Below are positions 46,009-57,412 of a DNA stretch of 64,000 nucleotides, piece after piece. Below the pieces are notes generated by a model. That model was given only the letters and a program-made list of their open reading frames with translations. It searched no databases and was not told the DNA's origin. The stretch is from a virus (lineage: Duplodnaviria > Caudoviricetes). The stretch is from positions 32,001 through 96,000 of IMG/VR virus record IMGVR_UViG_3300032219_002522. The stretch is one strand, 5' to 3'. Every line of letters starts with the position of its first letter. The stretch's first letter is position 1. The position numbers and the translations under genes were made by a program.

Positions 46009-46437
46009 ATGGCAGAAATATATCCAGCAGGTACAGAATCAATAAGAAATCTCACACCAACATTTAACTATTTTCTTGTTGTTAAAGGTGATTCGATAGC
46101 AGACGATATACCACAGAAAGAATATTTTGTTTACAGATTTAAAGTTCCTGTTAATAAAAAGGATGGAATCTCGCAGCTTAAGAAGTATTTCAAATTTGTA
46201 ACTGCATCTCTTGTTTATGAATGTAGAGAACTTTCAGATCTTGAGTATGCAACCGGTGATTTTTACCATCCGGATTATACAAATTCTTTTAAACAACAGC
46301 TAAGATTTAAAATGAGGGAAATTCCTATCTATATACAATCACAGATAAGAGTTATAAATTTAGAAAAGGATCCTTACCAATATGGAAGTAAACCAATAAT
46401 AAGGGATAAAACTTCGGTAATACTAGATAACAATTAA
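46009..46437 (+). CDS. Hypothetical late protein
   Basis: GATATATA at 45997. Confidence 0.55.
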   Translation: MAEIYPAGTESIRNLTPTFNYFLVVKGDSIADDIPQKEYFVYRFKVPVNKKDGISQLKKYFKFVTASLVYECRELSDLEYATGDFYHPDYTNSFKQQLRFKMREIPIYIQSQIRVINLEKDPYQYGSKPIIRDKTSVILDNN

Positions 46438-46439
46438 TA

Positions 46440-47276
46440 ATGAATTTTTTAGAGAAATATAACACGGATGACGTATTTTTTAGAGGGATAATAATAGGTC
46501 TTTTAAGTAAACTAAATGAAGTTATAACATACGAACAGGTTGATAGCGAACAAAATGTTTCTAAGATCTTTATACCATTTTTCTACTCTATGGTAGGCGA
46601 CGAACCTTTTCTACAGGATTTTTACCTGTCTTACGAGGATTGTGATGGTAAGCCTGCTTTTGCGGAAGGAAATTACGATGTAATACCAAGAGGTATTTTA
46701 GAAATGGGTTCTATAAGAATAGACACAGGGTCAGCAACTACTAAATTTGTTAGGGGATCTTATACTAAGGAGATAGAGAAAGAGAATGGAAGTGAGATGG
46801 TTACTTATTCTTCTTATTTTTACCCAATTCCTCTAGGAATATCGGTAAACGCAAAAATAAAAGCTGATACAACTCTAGACGCTTTTAAAATACAGCAAAG
46901 CGTATTGGAAATAATATATAAAAGATTCGTTTATTATTTTTACTATAAAGGATTTAGAATACCTGTTCAGGTTAGTTTAGGTGATGCACCACCAGATAAA
47001 CAGCCCAACAACTTCCAGATGTCATATGGATCTCAAAGAGGTGAAGCAATAACCCTAAGCTTTTCTATGGAGCTAGAAACATATTTACCAGATATAGATC
47101 AAACAACCGAAAGATTTAGAGGTAATCTAATGCAAGGAGGTATAAAACTTAATGTTGAATTAGGAACAACACCTCCCGACAATAGCACAATAATATCTGG
47201 ACTAGGAATATATGATATAAGAAAGGACATAACAGGTGCAACTGGTGCAACTGGTGAAGCTCCTTCTAATCCTTAA
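46440..47276 (+). CDS. Tail completion/terminator protein (gp15-like), tentative
   Basis: IPFFYS...FL, IPRGIL, YPIPL, ELETYLP pattern and gene context. Confidence 0.5.
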   Translation: MNFLEKYNTDDVFFRGIIIGLLSKLNEVITYEQVDSEQNVSKIFIPFFYSMVGDEPFLQDFYLSYEDCDGKPAFAEGNYDVIPRGILEMGSIRIDTGSATTKFVRGSYTKEIEKENGSEMVTYSSYFYPIPLGISVNAKIKADTTLDAFKIQQSVLEIIYKRFVYYFYYKGFRIPVQVSLGDAPPDKQPNNFQMSYGSQRGEAITLSFSMELETYLPDIDQTTERFRGNLMQGGIKLNVELGTTPPDNSTIISGLGIYDIRKDITGATGATGEAPSNP

Positions 47277-47590
47277 GAATTTAGAGGTCTATCCTCTGTA
47301 TTTTCCTCTACTACTTCTTTAGCAGCTTCTTCCATTTCAGAAACTCCAGAATCTTTAGATTTTCTGTAACCTAAAAGAGCTGCACCTATAGATACAAGTA
47401 TGATAGACTGAGTTAAGATATCAACGCTCTTATCTAAGAACATTTTATCTATACATCCAAATAGAAAGCATATACCTCCTATAAAAACCACATAAAGTCC
47501 TGCTGTACCGCTTCCTGAGGTTTTTCCGTCTGAATTAGAAGTAAGTTGTGCAAAACTAAATCTCTCCATAGCGGCTCTGAATTTTTTCAT
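47273..47590 (-). CDS. Two-TM holin-like membrane protein
   Basis: SNSDGKTSGS followed by two TM helices and a charged tail. Confidence 0.45.
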   Translation of the reverse strand: MKKFRAAMERFSFAQLTSNSDGKTSGSGTAGLYVVFIGGICFLFGCIDKMFLDKSVDILTQSIILVSIGAALLGYRKSKDSGVSEMEEAAKEVVEENTEDRPLNS

Positions 47591-47629
47591 ATTGTTTTTT
47601 CTGATATATATTAAAAACATAGCTCCAAA

Positions 47630-49819
47630 ATGGCAGATAGCCCGATAGATTTTTCTGCAATAGGTAATTATAGAATTATATCCTGGTCAGAACCATTCAA
47701 AAATGTACAATCTTTTAATGGATGGGTAATAGATACTAGTGGGGAAGATCCACCTCACATATATCTATACTTAGAATATCGGTGGAGTATAAACGGATCT
47801 AATTGGTCTTTATGGGCTCCTCTAACACAACAATCTATTTCAAGTATTCCTATTTCACCAGACAATCCCTTCTGGATAGAGGTAAGATTGACCGCCGTAT
47901 CTGATGAAGATTCTAGTCCTTACTATCCACCGGGAACTTCTTTAAGTCCTTCGATAGTTTTACTAGATTTCGAACTTGATTTACAATATAAAAGTGTAGA
48001 CCCTAGAGACTTGATGAGTGCTCCTCCTGCTCCTCTATGTAGTAGAGAGCTAACAAATTATCCTATAGTTTTTTCTGATTGTGATTTTACTTTTAGACCG
48101 TATGATATTAACAGATCTATAAACATGTATCAGGATCTAAGCAAAATAGTAAATAATGTATTTGGACACGAGGTTGTTTACTATTCTGTACAACCACAAG
48201 GAAGAGGAAGAGACGTAGTTCTTAAGGAGTACAATATATTTAATGTTGTAGATGAAAAATGTGTTAAGGTCATGGTACCTAATAACCAGTTTCCTGATGC
48301 TGCTTTAACATTCGATTCGTGGGGATTAAACTTTAATCAGCCTTTTGAAATCCATATAGATAGAAAATATTTCGAAGGGATATTTGGAAAAGGCTCTCAG
48401 CCAAGAAAAAGAGATATAATCTATTTTCCAATAACTAATAGAATTTATCAGATAGATTCAATGTATGTATTTAGAGATATTAATAATTATCCAGTATATT
48501 TCAAAGTGCAATTAACTAAATACGAAGTTAAGAAAAATACAACTTTCTTAGATCCACAGGCAGAATCTGATTTATTAGATTACACTGTTAATACTAAAGA
48601 ATTGTTTGGTGAAGAGGTTAAAAACGAAGAGATAGAATTAACCAAACCACAACAGTATGCTATCACATCACAAAGAAGATTAGAAGATCCTATAAGATCT
48701 TATATAAATAAAGATCTCCCTATAATAGAATATGACCTTAATAATAACTGGACAATAGTTTTTAATAATTATTACGATCTGGATAAAATATTTATAGATG
48801 CCCAAGGACAAGTAGATCCTGCATCCCCAGCACTATTAGTGATAGAAAGAGATGCAGTAAGATGGAAAGCGGATCCTGTTTTAACCGAAAACGAGGAGAG
48901 GTCATTTCTTTGTTGGTTTAGGATAAGAAATTACTTAGATAGAAGTAAGTTAGTTCCTAAGCCCGCTCCTAAAATACCAATTACTATAGATAATATAGGA
49001 ACGGGACAGATAACATATAGCACTTATCCTATTGTTCATAAATTATCCGTGGGAGAAAATCCCAACGGATTTGTCTCCATACTAGCAGATGGAAATAGAT
49101 CTGGAGGATTTGAATTATTATCTGTAGACGATCAATTTAGATTTACAATTAAAGATGAAGGAGCCGCTGCTCCAATAACAACTGCGGGATGGAAAATGCA
49201 AAAAGCACAATCTAGAATATTGTTTGATGGCTATTATAACGGCCAAGGAATAATGATAGATATAATATGGAGCGGATCTAATGCGGTTACAAGTCCAACA
49301 GATAACAGCTATTTGCAAGCTGGTAGTATAAGAGTTATGATAAATAATCTGGAGATACTATCTCCTTTTGGAGCAGGAATACCTAGTACAATAGGAGAAT
49401 TTATACCAACAACCGATGATTGGTATGGGTTCGTGTTTAATTTCTCTAATATATTTAGACAATACTCGATAAAAGTTTGGAGATTAACATACGATCCAGA
49501 TAACCCCGCAACACAAACTTCCGATCTAAGTCTAGTCCATTCATTAGATGGCGTTACAACACAGGCTTATACTTTTGATATACCTCCAGTAATAGAAGAA
49601 GATTATGATAGTCCTTTTTACGGAACTAATAATTATTCTTACAAAACTAGATCGTGTCCATTATGGGCAACTAATTATAGATTTTTTAAACAAATGGTAG
49701 AAGAGGAGAAACAGTCAACAATGCTTAACCAAAATATAGTTGGTGATGCACAATTAGCAATTATTATAGATAATGCTAAACCTGTACTGAAACTTCCAAA
49801 AGTTGCCAGAAACAGATAA
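47630..49819 (+). CDS. Neck/head-completion protein (gp14-like core with extensions)
   Basis: FGHEVVYY, FEIHIDRKYFE, PRKRDIIYFPITNRIYQI. Confidence 0.6.
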   Translation: MADSPIDFSAIGNYRIISWSEPFKNVQSFNGWVIDTSGEDPPHIYLYLEYRWSINGSNWSLWAPLTQQSISSIPISPDNPFWIEVRLTAVSDEDSSPYYPPGTSLSPSIVLLDFELDLQYKSVDPRDLMSAPPAPLCSRELTNYPIVFSDCDFTFRPYDINRSINMYQDLSKIVNNVFGHEVVYYSVQPQGRGRDVVLKEYNIFNVVDEKCVKVMVPNNQFPDAALTFDSWGLNFNQPFEIHIDRKYFEGIFGKGSQPRKRDIIYFPITNRIYQIDSMYVFRDINNYPVYFKVQLTKYEVKKNTTFLDPQAESDLLDYTVNTKELFGEEVKNEEIELTKPQQYAITSQRRLEDPIRSYINKDLPIIEYDLNNNWTIVFNNYYDLDKIFIDAQGQVDPASPALLVIERDAVRWKADPVLTENEERSFLCWFRIRNYLDRSKLVPKPAPKIPITIDNIGTGQITYSTYPIVHKLSVGENPNGFVSILADGNRSGGFELLSVDDQFRFTIKDEGAAAPITTAGWKMQKAQSRILFDGYYNGQGIMIDIIWSGSNAVTSPTDNSYLQAGSIRVMINNLEILSPFGAGIPSTIGEFIPTTDDWYGFVFNFSNIFRQYSIKVWRLTYDPDNPATQTSDLSLVHSLDGVTTQAYTFDIPPVIEEDYDSPFYGTNNYSYKTRSCPLWATNYRFFKQMVEEEKQSTMLNQNIVGDAQLAIIIDNAKPVLKLPKVARNR

Positions 49820-49822
49820 TTT

Positions 49823-50587
49823 ATGCCAAGAAGAAAACCAAAAAACCACAATTTATCTAAAGAACAGGAACTTAACCTTAAGGATAAATTGGATAGTATT
49901 GTACTAGCTGATGAAATGCTATCTGGGCTAGGTACCCCGGATATTCCCCCTATAAAGCCACATCGTGAGCTAAAGGTAGATGTTGTTAAAAGCGAGGTTG
50001 AAATGGAAGCAAGAGCTATTCTTGAATCCCTATCAAAGTTTTATAACGATGTGGAGAACATATCGGAAGATTCATACATTAAACACAAGCAGAAAATAGA
50101 CGCTATGAGCATATCTACGATGGCTTTTCAGATAAGAACTGCCCAACACGCTATAGCTAAGCTTATAGAGGAAATTGATTCAGGAAGAGTAGAGCCTAGA
50201 CTTTTTGAAGTTTTAGCACAGCTACAAAATCAAGTTATGCAAATGCCTAAGAATTTTTCATCCTATATGACGCAGATGGAGAAAAATTACAAGCAGTTAA
50301 AATCTGAATCGGAGGAGATCAAAAAAGGAGGGGATATACAGTTTGATGAAAACGGAAACATAATACAATCCAAAGAAAACGAGGATCTTTTAAAAGCTAG
50401 AGGAACTAGGAGTCTAATGGAAAATCTTCAGAATGTAATGAAGAACGGAAACATGGTAAAAGATGCTGAAATAGTTATGCCTGACGACAGCTTAATAAAT
50501 CCAAGAACAAAATTTGGGGGAACCTCGGATTTATTAGGAGGAGAAGATGACTCGAATTTTGAACTAGATGACGATATATTTGAATAA
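49823..50587 (+). CDS. Putative terminase small subunit
   Basis: Helical protein with PRLFEVLAQL, immediately upstream of TerL. Confidence 0.55.
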   Translation: MPRRKPKNHNLSKEQELNLKDKLDSIVLADEMLSGLGTPDIPPIKPHRELKVDVVKSEVEMEARAILESLSKFYNDVENISEDSYIKHKQKIDAMSISTMAFQIRTAQHAIAKLIEEIDSGRVEPRLFEVLAQLQNQVMQMPKNFSSYMTQMEKNYKQLKSESEEIKKGGDIQFDENGNIIQSKENEDLLKARGTRSLMENLQNVMKNGNMVKDAEIVMPDDSLINPRTKFGGTSDLLGGEDDSNFELDDDIFE

Positions 50588-50589
50588 CA

Positions 50590-52398
50590 ATGAGTTTTGT
50601 AAAGGAAGATAAGTCAAGTAATTTCTGGTCGAGCGCTAAAGTCGAAAGATTAGTATACGACGCAGAAGAAAATGGTATAGACTATAAAGATGTAGATAAT
50701 CCTTTTCATGAAAATGATCCAGAACTAAGAAAAGGTAATATACTTTTTGAATATACCGAATGGGAATTAGAAGAGATGAGAAAATGTGCGGAAGACGTGG
50801 TTTATTTTGCTAATAAATATTGCCACGTTATGACTGATGAGGGTATTAGACAAATATTGTTAAGAGATTATCAAATACAGATTCTAAATCAATATCAGCA
50901 CAATAGAAAAAATGTATTCGTATCCCCTAGACAATCAGGTAAAACTATTACATCATCTATATTCCTATTATGGTATTTACTATTTAATTTCGAGAAAAAT
51001 GCCATGATTATGGCAAACATCGGGGATACTGCAGCGGAATTAATGGATAAGATAAAGGTTATTATGAAGGGATTACCCTTTTTTTTAAAGCCCGGTCTAG
51101 TCGTTTATAACGTAATGACTATGAAGTTTGATAACGGATGTAGAATAATGGCTAAGACGACAACTAAAACATCGTCTATCGGTTATACAATTCACATGTT
51201 ATACATGGATGAGTTTGCACATATTAATCCAAACTTTATTAACCAATTCTTTAAATCCGTTTATCCTACAATATCCTCTTCACAAATTGCCAGAGTTATT
51301 ATAACTTCCACTCCTAATGGAATGAATAAATTCTGGGAAATTTACAAAGGAGCAGTTGAAGGAGAGAATGAATTTAATCCTATAAGGGTAGAATGGTGGC
51401 AAGTTCCTGGAAGAGATGAAGAATGGAAAAGAAAAGAGATAGCTGCTCTAGGATCTGAAGAAGATTTTAATCAGGAGTACGGTTGTCAATTTTTATCATC
51501 ATCTAGATTATTATTAGATTCCAACACTCTAAAAAGATTAAAAGGCTCGGAGGAACAATTTACATTCCGTGAATTATCGTCATTTGAAAAAAGTCCTATA
51601 GATTATTCTAATCTTCTATGGCATCCGAAATTCGATCCAACCTCAATATTTGAAAAAGATGGACAGAAATTTTATATCTCCATAGATACTGCTAGTGGTG
51701 GGGGAGGTGACTATTCAGTTGCTAATATATTTAAGGTTGCTCCAATGCCAAGCAGTGCAATAAAAAATAAAAGATTCTTCGAAGACGAAAGTGATTTCTT
51801 CTGCTTGTTACAAGTTGGTATATTTAGATCCAATATGATTGAAATAGATGAATTTAAAGCATTCTTAGAGATTCTTATAGTAGATGTACTTGGCGTAGAC
51901 AACACAAGAATAGTTTTAGAATTAGATCATAAAGGTGAAATGCTAATGGATAAATTGCTGGATTCCGAGGATTTCTTTGATGAAATGTTTGTTTACACTA
52001 AACATTCAGAAGCAAGTACTAAATTAAAGCCAGGTGTTAAGCTAACAGTAAAAAATAAAGAGAAATTCTGCTATGATTTAAAAATAAACACAAGATCCTA
52101 CAGAATAATACCATCAAACAAGAATGGAATACACGAATTAGCCAATTTTGGTATAAATCCTAATGGAAGTTTTTCTAGTCAAATAGGTAAAGATGATGAA
52201 GCTATGACCCTTGTTAACATAAATTGTGTGTTCGACGGAGGAGACTTTCAAGAAACAGTAATGGATCTTTATGACATCATACCAGAAAAGTTTAGAAAAA
52301 TGATAGAAGAAAGGCTTTCAGAAAACACAGAAGCTGCTCAAAATAAAACTAGCGATCTATCAAACTATACTTTCTTAAACGGACTCCTTGATTCTTAG
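50590..52398 (+). CDS. terL: Terminase large subunit (gp17-like)
   Basis: LRDYQ, PRQSGKT, LYMDEFAH, ITSTPNG, FNQEYGCQF, IDTASGGGGDYS, KDD. Confidence 0.95.
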   Translation: MSFVKEDKSSNFWSSAKVERLVYDAEENGIDYKDVDNPFHENDPELRKGNILFEYTEWELEEMRKCAEDVVYFANKYCHVMTDEGIRQILLRDYQIQILNQYQHNRKNVFVSPRQSGKTITSSIFLLWYLLFNFEKNAMIMANIGDTAAELMDKIKVIMKGLPFFLKPGLVVYNVMTMKFDNGCRIMAKTTTKTSSIGYTIHMLYMDEFAHINPNFINQFFKSVYPTISSSQIARVIITSTPNGMNKFWEIYKGAVEGENEFNPIRVEWWQVPGRDEEWKRKEIAALGSEEDFNQEYGCQFLSSSRLLLDSNTLKRLKGSEEQFTFRELSSFEKSPIDYSNLLWHPKFDPTSIFEKDGQKFYISIDTASGGGGDYSVANIFKVAPMPSSAIKNKRFFEDESDFFCLLQVGIFRSNMIEIDEFKAFLEILIVDVLGVDNTRIVLELDHKGEMLMDKLLDSEDFFDEMFVYTKHSEASTKLKPGVKLTVKNKEKFCYDLKINTRSYRIIPSNKNGIHELANFGINPNGSFSSQIGKDDEAMTLVNINCVFDGGDFQETVMDLYDIIPEKFRKMIEERLSENTEAAQNKTSDLSNYTFLNGLLDS

Positions 52399-52468
52399 AA
52401 GAAGAATGATATATACATAGAAAAAGAAGTCATCGGATAACTTCTTATAATATAAATAAAAATTAAAA

Positions 52469-55400
52469 ATGGCAAAACAAGTCAAACTTGATTTATCCCA
52501 ATTTAAAGCATCTGGTGTTTACACTTTAGAATTTGATGCTAGTGAGAACATTATTATTAACCCTTCTACGATAAGATTAGTGGTAGGTTATTCTAGCGTT
52601 GGACCTTTCAATACACCAGTTTATTGCCCGGATATTACTACTTTCCAATCAGTATTTGGAGGAATAGAGAAGGCTATGGAAAAGAAAGGATCTTTCTTCC
52701 ATAGATCATCATTGGTTTGCTTACAAAGTGGACCTATATTTGCTCTTAATTTAAGACTTCTAAATAATACAGTAGACGAAAACGGAGATCCTGATTATGC
52801 TTCTGGAGCAGACGTAGCTAGGTACAGGGCATTCTCCATGGATACAGAGGAGCAAAATGGTGCTAATGCAACAGGTGGATATTCAGATCCTTTAACAAAA
52901 CAAGATAAATTATTATCTTCTTACTATAATAAAGAGAAATTCTGGTTCCCAGATACGACATATTTATTAGCTACTGAGGATAATTCTGGTTCACAACCTG
53001 ATACAAGAAAATTATTTAGTATCGTTAATATTGGACAAGGACCTGTAAGTATCATAGTAAGAAAATCTTTAGACTCTAGATTCCCTTTAAAAGGATTCGA
53101 TATAACAGCTAGAGAATATTTTGGACCTGATAATGTTCCTTCTTATATGAACCAATACGATTATTTATCCGATTGGTTTATTGATGTTATTGCAATTAGT
53201 GGTAACTGGACTGATTATCAAGCTTTATCAAATGACCCGGTTTATAGTCAATACTTTACTTCAAAAGGATTTATTAAATCTCAAATAGATAATTTCTTAG
53301 CTCTTAATGGCGTTAATATAGCATTAACTGTTACTGGTACAATAATTCCTAACTTTACTGATCAAAACGGTACTTTACGATACATTCAGACTCTAATTAA
53401 TAATCAGACACCTACTACAGGTATTTTCTGTGCTGTTAATGAAGAAGCTTTAGACGATCTTATAGACAACTCATCAGTATTCGATTTAGTTGGTCACCAC
53501 CTAGTTGATGAGATCGGTTCTGATGCTGATATTAATTCAGTACCTAAGAATCTAAATTTCTTATCTTATAGCCAAAATTTATTTGCAGACTATACTTACT
53601 ACAAAAATATAGACGGATCAACAGGAGGTACAGAAATTCAGGACGGTCTTTCTCCTTCTAACCCAGGAATGGACTTATTACCAGAAACTGGAACGCTTCT
53701 TATGGATTCGTTATACAATGCAACTGGTGACGCTGGTATACCTACTTCTCTTTGGGATACTTACAATCCTGCTGCTAGAGATGGCGGAGCTATTTACATA
53801 GACACCCTATTTACATCACCTTCATTACATGATGATCAAATTACAACATTAGATCAGTTTGTTACTGTTTCTAATAATGAACCGGCATCTAAATGGGTAC
53901 TTGGTAAGGTAACTTCTAATTTACCAACTCCTGGATATCTTGGATTTTATGTAGGAGATTTAGTTAAACTTAGAATAACAGAAGCTAAAACAATAACTAA
54001 TTCTACATTACCTCCTGGTATTAGAACACAGGTTAGATTAAAATTAAAACATCCTTTAGTAGGATCTACACCTTCTACAACTTATGTCGAGCCTTATGAC
54101 ATTACTAATAAAAGTACAACAGCAGCTTATCAAATAGGTAATCCTGATTACTTTGATAATGATGATGTTTACTTCTCTCCAGATATCCCCGTAGGTACTG
54201 ATTCATATCTAGCATATGAAAACTCCGCTATGTACAGAGACTGGGTAAAAGGAAATATTGGTGACGGCGATATAGACTGGAAGGATGATACAGGAACACT
54301 TATACAGTACTTAAAATTTGAAGTAAATGTAGATAGAGACGGTTACAATATCCTAGTTTGTAGAGCATTTGCTGATGATACATTCATAACACCAGAAGCT
54401 ATAGCTACTTGGGATACAACTTACATTAGCTCTCTTCCAATTGGAACTAATCAAACTACAGGAGAAAGCTTTAACATAGTATCTACAGCTGGTAATATAA
54501 GTGATTATGTAGATATTATTACTCAGCTTCAACCTAACGTGATAGAATTAACAACTGCTATCGCTGATTCATCAGGAATAAAAGTTGGGGATCTATTAGT
54601 TTCTACAGACGTACAAATCTATGACAATCCACTAACTGAAAATCTACAATCTAGATTAACAAGAGTATTAGAGGTTAAAACTGTAGCTTCTTCAACTTCT
54701 CCTGGAATTTACACAGTACAAGTTAAAACAGAAAGACCTATTCAATTATATCCTGGTATTACTACAAGAGTTTGGAAATTTAAAAATATTCAAGAGTTTG
54801 TAAAATCGTTTAATTTCACATACCTTCCTGGTTCTGATATTAAGGCAGCTTCTATGCCTAATGGAACAGACACAAGAATGAATGAAATCCTAGACGTTCT
54901 TTACAATACTAATCTTGCTAGAACATTAGCAGATACCGATGTAATTACGTTCAGATACATCGTTGATACATTTGACGGGGGTATACAGCCAAACTGTAAA
55001 TTCCAGCTTACTAAACTTGCTAAGAACAGACAAAAATGTTTAGCAATTTGTAACTTACCTTCTATGAAGAAGTTCTCTGAATCAATTGATCCTAGATTTA
55101 CTTCTGCACCAACTGCAACAGATCCAGCTCCACTTTTACAAGCTAGATACATTGCAGATGGAGGTAACTTAAGCTTAAATCCTTCGTTTACTTTCTCTTT
55201 ACCAGATGAGGATCTAGGAGCTAAATTCTCAGGATTCTTCGCTCCTTTCTTAACAATTAGAGAAAACAACAAGAATTTGGATGTACCACCTTCACCTTAC
55301 GTTTCTAATAACTTTATCCGTAAGTTTATTACAGGTGAACCCTATTCAATCGTAGCTGGTCTTAAAAGAGGTATTATCTCTTCTAACAACTTAGTAGGAT

Positions 55401-55870
55401 TAGAATATGACTTTGACTTACAGGATAGAGAATTCTTAGAGCCATTTGGAGTTAACCCTATAATTCGTAAGAGAGGTGTTGGTATAGTTATCTATGGTAA
55501 CCAAACAAGCTACCAAAGAACAAACTCGGCATTCAACAACTTACACGTAAGAGACTTACTAATCACAGTAGAAAGTGCTATTGAAGAAATCCTTTCTAAT
55601 TACGTATTTGATTTCAACGAAGACAACGTTAGACTTGAGATTAAAACATTAGTAGACAATTACTTAACTGGAGTAAGATCAGTTGGAGGTATCTATAACT
55701 ACTTAACTATTATGGACTCTTCTAATAATACCCCTGCAATCATCGATCAAAATATAGGTATTATCGACGTAATAATTGAACCAGCAAGAGGTATTCATAA
55801 GTTCATCAATAGAATGACAGTTACTAGAACGGGAGGTATCGCTTCAGGAGGATTTATCCAATTTAGCTAA
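52469..55870 (+). CDS. Contractile tail sheath protein (gp18-like) with insertions
   Basis: SGVYTLEFD N-terminus; GVNPI, YGNQT, NNLHVRDLL, FDFNE, DSSNNTP C-terminus. Confidence 0.9.
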   Translation: MAKQVKLDLSQFKASGVYTLEFDASENIIINPSTIRLVVGYSSVGPFNTPVYCPDITTFQSVFGGIEKAMEKKGSFFHRSSLVCLQSGPIFALNLRLLNNTVDENGDPDYASGADVARYRAFSMDTEEQNGANATGGYSDPLTKQDKLLSSYYNKEKFWFPDTTYLLATEDNSGSQPDTRKLFSIVNIGQGPVSIIVRKSLDSRFPLKGFDITAREYFGPDNVPSYMNQYDYLSDWFIDVIAISGNWTDYQALSNDPVYSQYFTSKGFIKSQIDNFLALNGVNIALTVTGTIIPNFTDQNGTLRYIQTLINNQTPTTGIFCAVNEEALDDLIDNSSVFDLVGHHLVDEIGSDADINSVPKNLNFLSYSQNLFADYTYYKNIDGSTGGTEIQDGLSPSNPGMDLLPETGTLLMDSLYNATGDAGIPTSLWDTYNPAARDGGAIYIDTLFTSPSLHDDQITTLDQFVTVSNNEPASKWVLGKVTSNLPTPGYLGFYVGDLVKLRITEAKTITNSTLPPGIRTQVRLKLKHPLVGSTPSTTYVEPYDITNKSTTAAYQIGNPDYFDNDDVYFSPDIPVGTDSYLAYENSAMYRDWVKGNIGDGDIDWKDDTGTLIQYLKFEVNVDRDGYNILVCRAFADDTFITPEAIATWDTTYISSLPIGTNQTTGESFNIVSTAGNISDYVDIITQLQPNVIELTTAIADSSGIKVGDLLVSTDVQIYDNPLTENLQSRLTRVLEVKTVASSTSPGIYTVQVKTERPIQLYPGITTRVWKFKNIQEFVKSFNFTYLPGSDIKAASMPNGTDTRMNEILDVLYNTNLARTLADTDVITFRYIVDTFDGGIQPNCKFQLTKLAKNRQKCLAICNLPSMKKFSESIDPRFTSAPTATDPAPLLQARYIADGGNLSLNPSFTFSLPDEDLGAKFSGFFAPFLTIRENNKNLDVPPSPYVSNNFIRKFITGEPYSIVAGLKRGIISSNNLVGLEYDFDLQDREFLEPFGVNPIIRKRGVGIVIYGNQTSYQRTNSAFNNLHVRDLLITVESAIEEILSNYVFDFNEDNVRLEIKTLVDNYLTGVRSVGGIYNYLTIMDSSNNTPAIIDQNIGIIDVIIEPARGIHKFINRMTVTRTGGIASGGFIQFS

Positions 55871-55915
55871 TAAATTTGGAGACAATTCTTGAATGTAAAT
55901 ATATAAAATAAAAAC

Positions 55916-56488
55916 ATGGCAGGCTTACCACATTATACAAGTTCGAAAGCTTCGATTAACAAGTTCGAACCGGTTTTTCTTAACCAGTTTGAGGTTATTA
56001 TTACTCCCCCTACTGCTATACCGGTTCAAGCTGGAAATCCAGGAAGCTCTAATATATTATTAGAACAAGTAACTAGAATATCTGGATTACAAGTAGATCA
56101 AAACCCACAGGAAATCACACAGCAATATAAATTTGCTAAAAGATATTATGCGGGTGCTGCTCCTCAAAGAACTGGTCTAGACGTTGATTTAGAATTTGAG
56201 ATTAACTTGAATGAAAACAACTCTATGTATGTTTTTAAAACATTACGTCAGTGGTCGGATTTAATTTATAATCCTCTAACTGGTGCAATGGGACTTAAAA
56301 AAGATTACACTGGAAATATTTTAATAAATGTCTTCAATAAACAGGGAGATATATTTAGAAAAATAAATCTAAGAGATTGCTTTCCAGCGTCAGCAATCAA
56401 TGAAATGGGATTGAACTATACTCAAACTTCTATATACAAATTGACTATGCAATGGGCAGTTGATTATTTCGACGACGTGTTTATATAA
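55916..56488 (+). CDS. Tail tube protein 1 (gp19-like)
   Basis: Follows the sheath; LRQWSDLIYNPLTG, CFP, DYF. Confidence 0.8.
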   Translation: MAGLPHYTSSKASINKFEPVFLNQFEVIITPPTAIPVQAGNPGSSNILLEQVTRISGLQVDQNPQEITQQYKFAKRYYAGAAPQRTGLDVDLEFEINLNENNSMYVFKTLRQWSDLIYNPLTGAMGLKKDYTGNILINVFNKQGDIFRKINLRDCFPASAINEMGLNYTQTSIYKLTMQWAVDYFDDVFI

Positions 56489-56498
56489 AAATTAAAAA

Positions 56499-57077
56499 AT
56501 GGCAGGATTACCACATTTTACATCGGCAAAGGCGGCGGTACAATTGTACGAACCGGTATACCTTAACCAATTTGAGGTTATTATACAACCTCCAGTTGGA
56601 GTATCTAGCGAGCAAGGTAACGGGGGAAGGAGTCTTCTAGTAGAAAACGTTTTATCTGTTTCAGGTTTAACTGTTGATAAAAACCCATCTGTAGCAGAAC
56701 AAAGATACAAATTTTCTAAAAGAAGATATGCGGGTGGAGTTGTTGATGATACAGGGGTTAAAGTTAGAATAGAATTTGAAACTAACCTTAATGACAACAA
56801 CAGTAACTACGTTTTCAAAACACTACGTCAGTGGTCGGATTTAATTTATAACCCTCTAACTGGTGCTACTGGTATTAAATCTACCTATGCAGGAGGTACT
56901 TACATTTTAATATCTATATTTAACAAACAAGGCGATGTATTTAGAAGAATTAAATTATTAAATTGCTTCCCTGTTGATCAGATTAAATCTTTAGACCTTG
57001 ATTACACAAACGGTACTAGTCCTTATAAGATCGCTCTATCTTTCAGAGCGGATTATTTCGAGGACGTTTTTAACTAA
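56499..57077 (+). CDS. Tail tube protein 2 (paralog)
   Basis: MAGLPH...NQFEVII...LRQWSDLIYNPLTG shared with tube 1. Confidence 0.8.
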   Translation: MAGLPHFTSAKAAVQLYEPVYLNQFEVIIQPPVGVSSEQGNGGRSLLVENVLSVSGLTVDKNPSVAEQRYKFSKRRYAGGVVDDTGVKVRIEFETNLNDNNSNYVFKTLRQWSDLIYNPLTGATGIKSTYAGGTYILISIFNKQGDVFRRIKLLNCFPVDQIKSLDLDYTNGTSPYKIALSFRADYFEDVFN

Positions 57078-57097
57078 TTTTATTTAACGTAATATAT

Positions 57098-57128
57098 AAA
57101 TGGAGGCTCAACAAAGTCTCCATTTTTT
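57098..57128 (+). terminator. Intrinsic terminator
   Basis: AAATGGAGGCT/AGTCTCCATTT plus T tract. Confidence 0.8.
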
Positions 57129-57179
57129 GTTTTTTGTTAAAACTTAGAATGTTAAATTAAAATAATATGGACGAAGATT

Positions 57180-57404
57180 GTGAATCAGAGAAGAAAAAGA
57201 ATAGCTTCATTTTGTTTAGTTTTAGCAACTTTCTTCAATCCCTTCGGATTCGATATCCTTTTTGCAACGATAATGAAATGGACAAATTCCTACTGGCATA
57301 CAGTAGCAATTTTTTACTTCCTATCGGGACTTTTCTTTGGTTTTTATTTCTTTTTGTCATCTAATAAGAAACTAAAGTCCAAAGAAAAAGTAAAAGAGAT
57401 ATAA
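57180..57404 (+). CDS. Small two-TM membrane protein
   Basis: LATFFNPFGFD...YW...FYFLSGLFFG. Confidence 0.5.
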   Translation: MNQRRKRIASFCLVLATFFNPFGFDILFATIMKWTNSYWHTVAIFYFLSGLFFGFYFFLSSNKKLKSKEKVKEI

Positions 57405-57412
57405 GAAATAGT